DNA of 31,615 nucleotides from an uncultured virus (IMG/VR IMGVR_UViG_3300030107_004098) (Duplodnaviria > Heunggongvirae > Uroviricota > Caudoviricetes), in the IMG/VR virus record IMGVR_UViG_3300030107_004098. One strand, written 5' to 3'. The notes beneath the pieces were generated by a model. It did not search any database and was not told the origin of the DNA. It saw only the letters and a list, made by a program, of their open reading frames with translations. Made by a program: the position numbers and the translations under genes. Positions 1 through 8,561 of the stretch are shown piece after piece. How positions within the stretch are numbered: the first letter of the stretch is position 1; each line of letters opens with the position of its first letter.

Positions 1-2
1 AC

Positions 3-1289
3 ACAATTAGAACAATTCAGGATTTAGAACGAGCAACCTACGGTAGTGTTGGTGGAATGCAGTTACTAAAGGGAGCAGGTATTGAATCAGGTATTCATTC
101 TGCTCACGATGTAACTCTTCAATCTGCTTTTAACGGTAGTGGGCTTTACAACCATATTTACGGACAGAAAGTTTGGTCAATGCTTAACCGCGAAATTAAC
201 GCATTAAGTATTTTACCTAAGAAACCTTGGTCTTCTTCCGGTTGGCGCATCTTAAAAGAGCGAGCAATTGGTGGCGGAGCAGATGTTTGGGCAACGACTG
301 GTGGAACTGGTCATGGTTCTTTAACAGAAGGTGCAATTGGTGGTGTAGCAGAAAATGCAGCATTTACAACAAGTGCTACTGATGGATTAAGTCCATTGAA
401 GCCTGTATATGATGTAATGTATGCTAGCCCAAAAACCGTTGCACATCAGTTCGAAATTTCAGAACTTGCTGCTGCTATGGCTAAGATTGACGATGGAATT
501 GGCGATATTATGGCTGCTTACCGTGAAGAAATTGGTGTTTCTCACGCAGAAGTCATGAATCATATGGCTCTAATGCCTCTTGAATCCCAATTTAGTAGTT
601 CTACACCAATTAGCGGAATTGCTAACAATCTAACATCATTGTATAAGATTGTTTCTAACTATGCAGAAATTGACGCTATGGACGGTGGAGTAATTATTAC
701 TGGAACACAAACTGCTGCTGAAGAATTAATACGTCTTTATGGTCATGACCGAGCATCTTCTGGTGCTGATTGGCTAAACGCATATGTTGATTATGGTTCT
801 TCATATGCTTCAAGGCGACCATTAACTCTTAATATCTTAAATACCGCATTACGCGAGTTGCAGATTCGTGGAGGTTCACCAAAGGTTATGCTAACAGGCT
901 ATGATACTATTCAGGCTTTGGGTGAATTGCTACAATCTCAAGAACGATTTATGGGAAGAACAGAAATTGTTCCTACTCATAATGGTGTTCGTGGTGTTAA
1001 AGGTCGAGAAGTTGGATTCAAGGTAGCAACATACCATGATATTCCAATTATTCCTTGTAAGGAAATGGGAAGCACTGGCTCTGGAAGTGGTCTATCAGAT
1101 ATTATGATTCTTGATACAGACCATCTTTTCCTAAGTACTCTAAAACCCACTGAATATTTCGAGGGCGGTATTGACGCTGGCGACCCATTCGGTGTAGGCA
1201 AACTTGGAAACAGAGGACTTTACCGAACAATTGGTGAAATCGTTTGTACTTATTTCAAGGGTCAAGGTAAAATTACTAACCTACAGTGA
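3..1289 (+). CDS. Major capsid protein, probable HK97 fold (5' end lies outside the window)
   Basis: The frame is open from base 3 (TIRTIQDLERATYGSVGGMQLLKG...), so ATG 57 is internal. Motifs include IYGQKVWSMLN, LPKKPW, PKTVAHQF, GxEVGFKVATYHDIPII and C-terminal GQGKITNL, resembling haloarchaeal virus/magrovirus capsid proteins. It heads a virion gene cluster. Confidence 0.9.
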   Translation, partial: TIRTIQDLERATYGSVGGMQLLKGAGIESGIHSAHDVTLQSAFNGSGLYNHIYGQKVWSMLNREINALSILPKKPWSSSGWRILKERAIGGGADVWATTGGTGHGSLTEGAIGGVAENAAFTTSATDGLSPLKPVYDVMYASPKTVAHQFEISELAAAMAKIDDGIGDIMAAYREEIGVSHAEVMNHMALMPLESQFSSSTPISGIANNLTSLYKIVSNYAEIDAMDGGVIITGTQTAAEELIRLYGHDRASSGADWLNAYVDYGSSYASRRPLTLNILNTALRELQIRGGSPKVMLTGYDTIQALGELLQSQERFMGRTEIVPTHNGVRGVKGREVGFKVATYHDIPIIPCKEMGSTGSGSGLSDIMILDTDHLFLSTLKPTEYFEGGIDAGDPFGVGKLGNRGLYRTIGEIVCTYFKGQGKITNLQ

Positions 1290-1300
1290 GTGTGAAAAAG

Positions 1301-1861
1301 ATGACTAGCACAGTAACACTAATTAGTGACCATTTAGGTTCTGATAAACCATTTGTTATGGGTAATCAATACGTTGTAGACGCTGTTATTAACGTAACAG
1401 ATTTTGATGATGCAACAACTACTACGGGAAATTTTACTGCTTCGGCAAATACTTTTACCCGAACTAGTGGAACAGCATTACCAACAAATCTTATCGCTGG
1501 ACAGAATGTTATTATTACAAATGCAGTAGATGGTGGAAACAACACTACTGTAACATTTACGTCTTTAGCGGGTGAAGTGTTAACTCTAAGTGCTGTTGCG
1601 GCTGATGAAACAGGTGACGAGGTTACTCTCACTATGGACCAAGAAGTTATTGCTTATGCTGACTTCGGGTTATCATCAGTTTCGCAGGTTGAAATACTAG
1701 GACAAGAAAACCAATTACTAAATTGGTCAGTACAACTAGGAACTGACGGTAATACTCATATTACCGACTATTTAGTTCTAAGATGTATTACCTCTTCGAC
1801 TGGCGCACAAGCAACCGGTGATTGCGGAACTATTAGAGTTAGATTATACGGGCAGGTCTGA
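1301..1861 (+). CDS. Putative capsid decoration/minor head protein with an inserted beta module
   Basis: Directly follows the capsid gene. ATG 1301 is preceded by GTGTGA. Thr/Val/Asp-rich, with a module at 1415-1633 homologous to repeats in the giant tail protein. Confidence 0.6.
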   Translation: MTSTVTLISDHLGSDKPFVMGNQYVVDAVINVTDFDDATTTTGNFTASANTFTRTSGTALPTNLIAGQNVIITNAVDGGNNTTVTFTSLAGEVLTLSAVAADETGDEVTLTMDQEVIAYADFGLSSVSQVEILGQENQLLNWSVQLGTDGNTHITDYLVLRCITSSTGAQATGDCGTIRVRLYGQV

Positions 1862-1871
1862 GGTGAATAAA

Positions 1872-2234
1872 ATGGTACGAGTAAGATACTTAAAGGGATT
1901 TTGCCGTGTTTACGGTAAAGCATTTTATCCTAATATGTGGACAGAAGTACCGGACGATTGGCTACCTCGGCTAAGTAATGATAAAGATTGGGAAATTGAA
2001 GCAGAAGAAACTGTAGAAGAAACTACTGAATTAGTAGAAGAAACTGTAGAAGAAACTGTAGAAGAAACTCTTGTGGTGGAGGAAGAAGAATCTTCCGATG
2101 AAGCCCAAGAGGAACCTTCACTTTCAATGACCAAAAAAGAATTACAAGCCTTGTGTGATGAAAAAGGACTTGAGTATTCTAAGTTAGATACTAAGTCCAC
2201 ACTTCTAGGTTTATTATCCGGAGAAGAAGAATAA
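1872..2234 (+). CDS. Small acidic protein with a C-terminal HeH/LEM-like (Rho-N-like) domain
   Basis: GAGGTGA at 1860-1866 favours ATG 1872 over the track start 1818. An EETV-repeat linker is followed by MTKKELQALCDEKGLEYSKLDTKSTLLGLL, a typical helix-extension-helix signature. Confidence 0.7.
   Translation: MVRVRYLKGFCRVYGKAFYPNMWTEVPDDWLPRLSNDKDWEIEAEETVEETTELVEETVEETVEETLVVEEEESSDEAQEEPSLSMTKKELQALCDEKGLEYSKLDTKSTLLGLLSGEEE
2004..2069 (+). repeat. In-frame 12-bp tandem repeats (GAAGAAACTGTA, encoding EETV)
   Basis: Read directly; about five imperfect copies in the acidic linker. Confidence 0.85.
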
Positions 2235-2243
2235 ATATTATGT

Positions 2244-2294
2244 CCGCTATCCGCAAATCTACATTAAGTTTATAAGTAGGTTTGCGGGTAGTGG
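2244..2294 (+). promoter_or_regulatory. 19-bp hairpin whose loop contains a TATA-like box
   Basis: Arms 2244-2262 (CCGCTATCCGCAAATCTAC) and 2276-2294 (GTAGGTTTGCGGGTAGTGG) pair fully as + strand RNA with 3 G-U pairs. The loop is ATTAAGTTTATAA. Confidence 0.7.
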
Positions 2295-2312
2295 TATTAA
2301 GTCGGTGATAAT

Positions 2313-2912
2313 ATGTCTAGGACAAGAAGTATCAGGTGTACTGCAAACACCAATATAATTAAGATTTTAAATAAATTTAACGATGCAAATAGGGGAGCAC
2401 ATAATAACCCTTGCACTTTTAAGGGAGTTATAATTAACGTACTAAATCCCGGTACTAACGGTCAAGGTATATTTAGTATATATGATAACAATATCGGAAC
2501 AGGTTTTACTGTTCCGGCTGCTGTTGCTTTAGCGGCAACTGCTAATACAATTACACTTAGTAGTGGAACTTGGGATGATAAAGGATTATATATCGGTCAA
2601 AAAATTGCTACTTCTGGTGCTGATGAATCAGCCAATAATATAGCATCTATGACTATTACTAATTTAACTTCTACAGTAATTACAGTTGATGAAGATTTAA
2701 CAACTGATGGTTCTGATACAGGTTTAGTTATTGATAGTGCTGGTGGCGATAATACTGATGTAATTGCTAATATAGTGATGAATTTTGCTAGCGATGGTTC
2801 TGGTAACGACGCATGTATGATTCATGAACTTGATGGAATTATGTGCCATAACGGACTAAGAATCGAATCAAACTCTTGGACTAATTTAGAGGTTTTCGTC
2901 CTAGTGGGGTGA
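2313..2912 (+). CDS. Putative virion structural protein with an inserted beta module
   Basis: GGTGAT RBS upstream. Contains a divergent module copy at ~2508-2735 (ANTITLSSGTW...GQKIATSGA...NN...TITNLTSTVITVDEDLTTD). Confidence 0.55.
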   Translation: MSRTRSIRCTANTNIIKILNKFNDANRGAHNNPCTFKGVIINVLNPGTNGQGIFSIYDNNIGTGFTVPAAVALAATANTITLSSGTWDDKGLYIGQKIATSGADESANNIASMTITNLTSTVITVDEDLTTDGSDTGLVIDSAGGDNTDVIANIVMNFASDGSGNDACMIHELDGIMCHNGLRIESNSWTNLEVFVLVG

Positions 2913-2919
2913 TTCTCTT

Positions 2920-5900
2920 TTGGTTAACGTAGATGGCTTTGATAAAATAGAGTGGATAACAGAACAAAGTAATTATACTCTTGATGTGGCAAAAAAACTA
3001 CTTGGGTATTATATATTTCCAGCAGAAGCCTATGATACCTCTCCGAGTTTAGTTACTGGAACAGAAAAAAAGGATATAGAAGATATTAAAGACGGATTTA
3101 TTTCGTGGATTTTAAGACACGATAAAGACATGGAAGCAATAATAGATGGTTTCAATGAAAAAGAATTTGAAAAAAGAAATCGTGCTGCTCTTACTAGATT
3201 ACTTAATATGAGTATTAATGAATACATAACAGGAATTTCAGATACTCCAACCAAAGGTAGTAGAGTTACCGTTCAATTAAAATCTGGCCCTCGTGAACCT
3301 GATGAAGATATTTCATTACTTGCAATACGACGTGATAAAAAATTCTCACATAAAGGGGAAATAGAAGGTATGCCCGCTACAGATTTTTTAGAGAATTTAT
3401 CTGATAAAGTATTGGACCCTAATTTCTTTAATATAGATATTAAACTTAGAGATATTTTTGAACAAACAGCCCAAAGTAAATATTTTTATCAATTAACACC
3501 TACTCAAATAAAAGACCCATTAGTTCAAAGATTATTTGCTGAACTTGGCGAAGAAGAATATAGGGTAGCGGATGTAGGTATTCCCGGAAAGGAGTTGTTA
3601 TCTATTGATAACCCCGGCGAATTTTTACAAAGATATGAAACTGTAATGAGAAGAAATAGACCGGTAGATGTAAGAACTATAGAAAACGGAAAAGAAGTAA
3701 TTTTTGAGGCTATGGCCGGAGAAATTTTTGATTTTACTAGCGAAGAAATGAAAAAAACAATAATGGATAAATTACTTGAGGGATATGGTAATTACAATGA
3801 GGAAGAACTTACTGAAAGAGAATTAGATACTAAGATAGCCATTCATTTCTTGGCTGCAGTAGTAAATTCAAGGCATTCTGATGAAACTATTATAGATATG
3901 GATTTCTTATATCCGTTTTCACTTTTACCTGATTATCCTGATGTTCTGCGGGTTCTTGAGGAATTTAAAAAGAACTCTAAAAGGATAAAAAAGTTAACTG
4001 AACCTACAGAAGAAAAAGATAAGGAAGGAAATATTATAAAACTTCCAGCCAAAATTATATTGGAAATACCTTTCGGAGAACTAGAAGATTTATTTGATTT
4101 TAGTCCATACTTTGATAATGAGGATGACCAAGATAGATACGAAGAAGCAGTAATTCATACTGAAAGAATTATTGGCTACTTAGAACAACGCGGTATTGGA
4201 CATAATTTAATTAGCGGAGCAAGAGTAAATAGAGTAATTGAAAAATTTCTTAAAGATTTGTCGCTAAAACTTTCTGGGCAAGTTTACACCTTAGAATTTT
4301 CTACAAAAAGTGGTCGTGAACTAGAAGCATCACAAGAAGATTTAGGAATAAGAATTTTATCAGGAGATAACCCAATATCACTAAATAGATTAAAAGACGT
4401 AATGAAAGATGAACCTGTTATGAAACTTACAGGAACAAATGTTACGGATGATGATGTAAAGCCATTTATTAAAACAAGACCGCGTGTAGTCCAAACTAAT
4501 CTCACAAGAAGAACTCCTATTAAATTTAGTATAGGACCTTTAGATTTATCTAAGGCTTCCCCTCTTCCTGCTGCTGCTAGAAGTAACGTAGAAGTACTTA
4601 ACGCTGGTATTGCAGAAAATAAAATAAGTCGATTAGTAAAAATAAATAAAGAATTAAAAAATTATACTAATAAGAAGGCAGCAGAAGAAAAAGAAGTTAC
4701 AGCAGAAGAAAAAATATATAATAAGGCTAACGAAGTTATGGAAATGTATTTAGATATTGTTGGCAAATTAAAAACAATGTCGTTAGTAAAAAGTAAAGAT
4801 GCGAAAAAAGTTATTTCTAGAACAAATATTAATAAATTGGTGGATTTGTTAACTAATATTATTGATAATTATGATTCTGTTCAAAATAAACAAGTAGATA
4901 ATGTAGGACTACCTAAGTTAATAGATAATATTGGTGCTGCTTTAGACAAAGATAATTTATCGTGGGAAGATTTTAGAAAAAATTTAGGTAATTTAAAAGA
5001 AATTTGTGAGGTAGTAACTTCTACACTAGAACCTACTGTTCAAGTTAGACAAAGAAAAAAAGTCACTGAAGAAGAAATAGAAGAACAGAATGAGGAAAGA
5101 AAAAGATTAAAATTAGAAGAAATGGCTCAAGAGGATGATGACGAAGATTCATTAGAAGTAGCAACCACTCAAGGTGCAGACGGAGAAACTGTAGAAGAAG
5201 AGGAAACTGATATAGAAGAAATATCAGAATTAAATAGAAATGACTATGATTTTATTATGAATGAGTTAGGAACTATTGATGATAACTCATTGGTTTCTAT
5301 TATTAATAATATTGATGACCCAGAAATTGAGGCACAACTTGATGCTTATTATGGAATGATAGAAGAAATATCAAAAATGGAAAGATATGAACCAAATGAA
5401 ATAAGTAGAGAAGCATGGTCGTTAAGCGAATCTATTCATAGTTTACGGGGCTTAGCAGGAAGTTTAGAAGACGTTAAAAATAGTCAAAGAAAATTTAAGC
5501 AGATTAAATCCGATATGCGTAAATTAGAAGAGACAAATGAAAATATTAATTCATCAACAGAAACATTAACTAAATTATTAGAAAGGTATGATTTAGCAGA
5601 AATAATATTAGAAAGTATTGCAGAACAAAGCGGGTTTAATACTGTAAATATTGTAGACCTCGTAGTTAAATATGATTTAGAGTTTGTAGAAGATATAAAA
5701 AACGGCGCTATGTTCAATAAATTGAGAGGAAAGGTTAATTTCGAATATAAGATTATACAAGTAATGGAGGCAACTACTGGTAAATATGATTTTCCTACTG
5801 TTGATGCTGTAGGAAGAAAAGGTTCGGCTAAACGTATGGTAAATATAGCCGACAGAGCAAGAGCAAAAGGTAGTACAAAGGGCCAAATACAAGATGAACG

Positions 5901-5979
5901 TAAGGCAAAAATTTATAGCCAAATCTATAATAACTTATTAGAGTTAGAAAACATATTCAGGGAGGTTGAGGCAGAATGA
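2920..5979 (+). CDS. Large acidic, probably helical hypothetical protein (1019 aa); possible internal virion protein
   Basis: Long ORF with a TTG start after GGGGTGA. E/K/D/I/L-rich with a coiled-coil-like C-terminal half; ATGA-coupled to the next gene. No recognisable enzyme motif. Confidence 0.6.
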   Translation: MVNVDGFDKIEWITEQSNYTLDVAKKLLGYYIFPAEAYDTSPSLVTGTEKKDIEDIKDGFISWILRHDKDMEAIIDGFNEKEFEKRNRAALTRLLNMSINEYITGISDTPTKGSRVTVQLKSGPREPDEDISLLAIRRDKKFSHKGEIEGMPATDFLENLSDKVLDPNFFNIDIKLRDIFEQTAQSKYFYQLTPTQIKDPLVQRLFAELGEEEYRVADVGIPGKELLSIDNPGEFLQRYETVMRRNRPVDVRTIENGKEVIFEAMAGEIFDFTSEEMKKTIMDKLLEGYGNYNEEELTERELDTKIAIHFLAAVVNSRHSDETIIDMDFLYPFSLLPDYPDVLRVLEEFKKNSKRIKKLTEPTEEKDKEGNIIKLPAKIILEIPFGELEDLFDFSPYFDNEDDQDRYEEAVIHTERIIGYLEQRGIGHNLISGARVNRVIEKFLKDLSLKLSGQVYTLEFSTKSGRELEASQEDLGIRILSGDNPISLNRLKDVMKDEPVMKLTGTNVTDDDVKPFIKTRPRVVQTNLTRRTPIKFSIGPLDLSKASPLPAAARSNVEVLNAGIAENKISRLVKINKELKNYTNKKAAEEKEVTAEEKIYNKANEVMEMYLDIVGKLKTMSLVKSKDAKKVISRTNINKLVDLLTNIIDNYDSVQNKQVDNVGLPKLIDNIGAALDKDNLSWEDFRKNLGNLKEICEVVTSTLEPTVQVRQRKKVTEEEIEEQNEERKRLKLEEMAQEDDDEDSLEVATTQGADGETVEEEETDIEEISELNRNDYDFIMNELGTIDDNSLVSIINNIDDPEIEAQLDAYYGMIEEISKMERYEPNEISREAWSLSESIHSLRGLAGSLEDVKNSQRKFKQIKSDMRKLEETNENINSSTETLTKLLERYDLAEIILESIAEQSGFNTVNIVDLVVKYDLEFVEDIKNGAMFNKLRGKVNFEYKIIQVMEATTGKYDFPTVDAVGRKGSAKRMVNIADRARAKGSTKGQIQDERKAKIYSQIYNNLLELENIFREVEAE

Positions 5980-7064
5980 TACATAGACCATCCGATACAT
6001 CAATGAGCCAAGCGGATTATGCAAATGGTATTGGTTACTATACAGATGTTACACGTATTGCTAATTTACTTAGTGTTCCTGAGTTTGATGATTCATCATA
6101 TCCTACCGAGGGTCATGTTGGTGAATTAATTAGATACGCAGAAGATTATATTGACGAATACACAAAGGATTCATGGCGACCTATATTGGTAGAAAACGAA
6201 TATCATGATTTTGATTATGATATGTTTAGAATGAATCGTGCTAGTTTATATAATAAATATACAGATTACGTAGGATTTATTAGGCTTAATGCAGAAAACC
6301 TTCGTAAAATAGTTCGTCTTGCTGTATGGCGTGGTAATCAATGGGAAGAATTAGCAGGTGCTACTGCTTCTGTTACTATTACTGATTATACAAACGCAAC
6401 AAATATTACATTACAGTTACCAAATAGCGGCACAACATTTACATTAACAGCAGGAACTTCTACGGCCCAATGGAATAAAAACTATGGTAATAGAACTGCT
6501 GCTTATGAATTAGCATATCTTATTAATGAACAATTACCTGTTATGACTAGTGGATTTACAGGTTCAAGTGGTAGAAAGAGTTTAACTCAAGGTTCTGATT
6601 CTATTAGTGATTTCTTTTATGCAACCGTAGAACAAGATAACAAAGTAGTTATTTCATCTACACTATTAGGCGATGATGGTAAAAACTGTGCTATTACAGT
6701 TTCAGGTTCAGGTTTATCTAAAGAAGATTTTAGTGATGATGAAGCAAGGGGTAGAGAACAGGATTGGTGGGATATTCGTTCTGATGGTTCAATATTCTTT
6801 AGAACTAATTATCCATATAACCAAAAGCATTCAATTAGAATTACATATCTTACAGGTGGAGCATCAGTTCCAGCAATTATTACAGAAGCAGCAACTAAGA
6901 TTGTTGCTTGTGAATTAATGGCTCAAGATGATTCAACTCTTTTACTTGGTGAAAACGGTGAGGCAGGTCTTGCTTTATCCGACAAATATACCAAATACAA
7001 AGAAGAGATAGATAAGATACTTGGTATGAAAAAGAGATTAGTTTATTTCTTGGATAATGATTAA
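5976..7064 (+). CDS. Putative head-tail adaptor/neck protein with an inserted domain
   Basis: N-terminal YYTDVTRIANLL...LIRYAEDYIDEYT and C-terminal IRITYLTG...VPAIITEAATKIVA fit the gp6/gp15-like adaptor pattern. Located between head and tail genes. Confidence 0.7.
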   Translation: MIHRPSDTSMSQADYANGIGYYTDVTRIANLLSVPEFDDSSYPTEGHVGELIRYAEDYIDEYTKDSWRPILVENEYHDFDYDMFRMNRASLYNKYTDYVGFIRLNAENLRKIVRLAVWRGNQWEELAGATASVTITDYTNATNITLQLPNSGTTFTLTAGTSTAQWNKNYGNRTAAYELAYLINEQLPVMTSGFTGSSGRKSLTQGSDSISDFFYATVEQDNKVVISSTLLGDDGKNCAITVSGSGLSKEDFSDDEARGREQDWWDIRSDGSIFFRTNYPYNQKHSIRITYLTGGASVPAIITEAATKIVACELMAQDDSTLLLGENGEAGLALSDKYTKYKEEIDKILGMKKRLVYFLDND

Positions 7065-7272
7065 TATGTTTAAAGATATACAGAAGAAGTTAGAACAATT
7101 AGTGGTAGAAATACCTAATATTATTGATACTACTATATCTCAAAATAAAGATATTGAGGAAATGAGTCAAGAATTACTTGGTGTAAAAATGTCTGACGAA
7201 ATTGTTGCTAAAGTAACGGAAGAAGAAATTACAAATAAAATAGTTAATATGCTTAAGGAGGCTTTTGAATGA
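7057..7272 (+). CDS. Small helical hypothetical protein
   Basis: Overlaps both neighbours, consistent with translational coupling; 71 aa. Confidence 0.6.
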   Translation: MINMFKDIQKKLEQLVVEIPNIIDTTISQNKDIEEMSQELLGVKMSDEIVAKVTEEEITNKIVNMLKEAFE

Positions 7273-7904
7273 GTTGGTTTGAAGTCATAAAACGAGTTGG
7301 AAAACTAAAGAAAATCCAAATGAAATTTTTTAGACCTGCTGTATTAAGGGCGTTTAAAGACGTTGATAGATTAGATAGTAATAACCTAATTAAAGATTAT
7401 CTGGATGATGTTTTTGACGAATACGAAAGATTACTAAGATTAGAATATGCAGGTATGAGTAACTACCCAAGTATAATTAGTCAACATGTAAATAAATATA
7501 GAAATTCTAGAAGGACAAATGCTACAATAGCAAACGTTTTACGACATAATGGTTGGGAAGGCGCTACAAGAAACAATAGAACTATGATTCGTAAAGAATA
7601 TAAGATACTTAAAAGAAAAAGAATTGACTATGATAAGTTTAAAGAAGCGGTTAAAATAGCAGGAGATAAATTTTCTACCGATGAAAAAATAAATTTTACT
7701 GCATTTGGAGAAGATGCTAAAGTATTTATGAAAATCGCTAGACAGGCTTATGCTAAATTGACTGGTAGTGGTCAACACGCAAACAAAGTATTTAGTTGGG
7801 ATGCTCGCACAGGTAGATTACCATTAATTAAGAAAATATTATTTAATCACGGGTGGGATGATGAAAGTACAAATAAAGAAATAATTTTAGTTAAGGTGAT
7901 ATAA
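7269..7904 (+). CDS. Basic hypothetical protein with an MSWxxxIK leader and two tandem homologous halves
   Basis: ATGA and TAATG overlaps with neighbours. The halves share SQHVNK/GQHANK and IANVLRHNGWE/IKKILFNHGWD. Confidence 0.7.
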   Translation: MSWFEVIKRVGKLKKIQMKFFRPAVLRAFKDVDRLDSNNLIKDYLDDVFDEYERLLRLEYAGMSNYPSIISQHVNKYRNSRRTNATIANVLRHNGWEGATRNNRTMIRKEYKILKRKRIDYDKFKEAVKIAGDKFSTDEKINFTAFGEDAKVFMKIARQAYAKLTGSGQHANKVFSWDARTGRLPLIKKILFNHGWDDESTNKEIILVKVI

Positions 7905-8545
7905 TGGCGGTAACAGAAGACGAAACAACTTCACTTATTACAATACTTAGTGAAAACTGGGCGGCTGCTTGTACTGCTTTAGATACTACAAATGGTAATG
8001 GACAAATAGCAGATATACACGCAGTAACTCCACAAATACTAGATATTAGAAATATGAATTCTGGTAAAAACACTGACGCTCAAGGACGTGCTCGTGGTGG
8101 TAATAGAATTAATACTTCTAAAGTAGAAACAGGAAATAGGGCTGCAGGAACTCCTGAACCTATTTATTCTAATGATTTAATTATTATTTCCCAAAGTTCA
8201 CAAACTGTAAATTACCCTACAGTATTTTGGGATTCCCGTGATGAAGAACACCAAATGGAAATTTGGATTCGCACACGACAGGACGATAGAACACTAACTA
8301 ATGGAACTAAGGTTTCACCTAATTCGGGAACTTTTGGTATAGACCGAATCCGAAGCCTTTATATTATAGTTAGGTATATAATCGAATTAAGGCGTAAAGG
8401 CTATATCAAAAGTGGCTCGTTATATCAAGGAATAAATCATATGATTTTAGGTGGAAGAACGGAAAGTAACGATAAGCGGAATAAATTATTTGGATATAAA
8501 GTAAGTATTACAATGAGAAGATTAGCACAAGGCGTTACATGTTAA
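7904..8545 (+). CDS. Putative tail terminator/tail completion protein
   Basis: Immediately upstream of the tail tube; AGGTGAT RBS; alpha/beta pattern (LITILSENW...MEIWIRT...FGYKVSITM). Function is inferred mainly from gene order. Confidence 0.5.
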   Translation: MAVTEDETTSLITILSENWAAACTALDTTNGNGQIADIHAVTPQILDIRNMNSGKNTDAQGRARGGNRINTSKVETGNRAAGTPEPIYSNDLIIISQSSQTVNYPTVFWDSRDEEHQMEIWIRTRQDDRTLTNGTKVSPNSGTFGIDRIRSLYIIVRYIIELRRKGYIKSGSLYQGINHMILGGRTESNDKRNKLFGYKVSITMRRLAQGVTC

Positions 8546-8561
8546 AAAGTAGGTAAGTAAA

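Noticed and set aside
2004..2069. Short repeats as a CRISPR array or replication origin iterons
   Set aside because: These are 12-bp in-frame coding repeats (EETV) without unique spacers.
8352..8372. TATA-like AAGCCTTTATATTATAG as a promoter for the tail tube gene
   Set aside because: It lies inside a coding region about 200 nt upstream of the start and cannot be distinguished from the AT-rich background.
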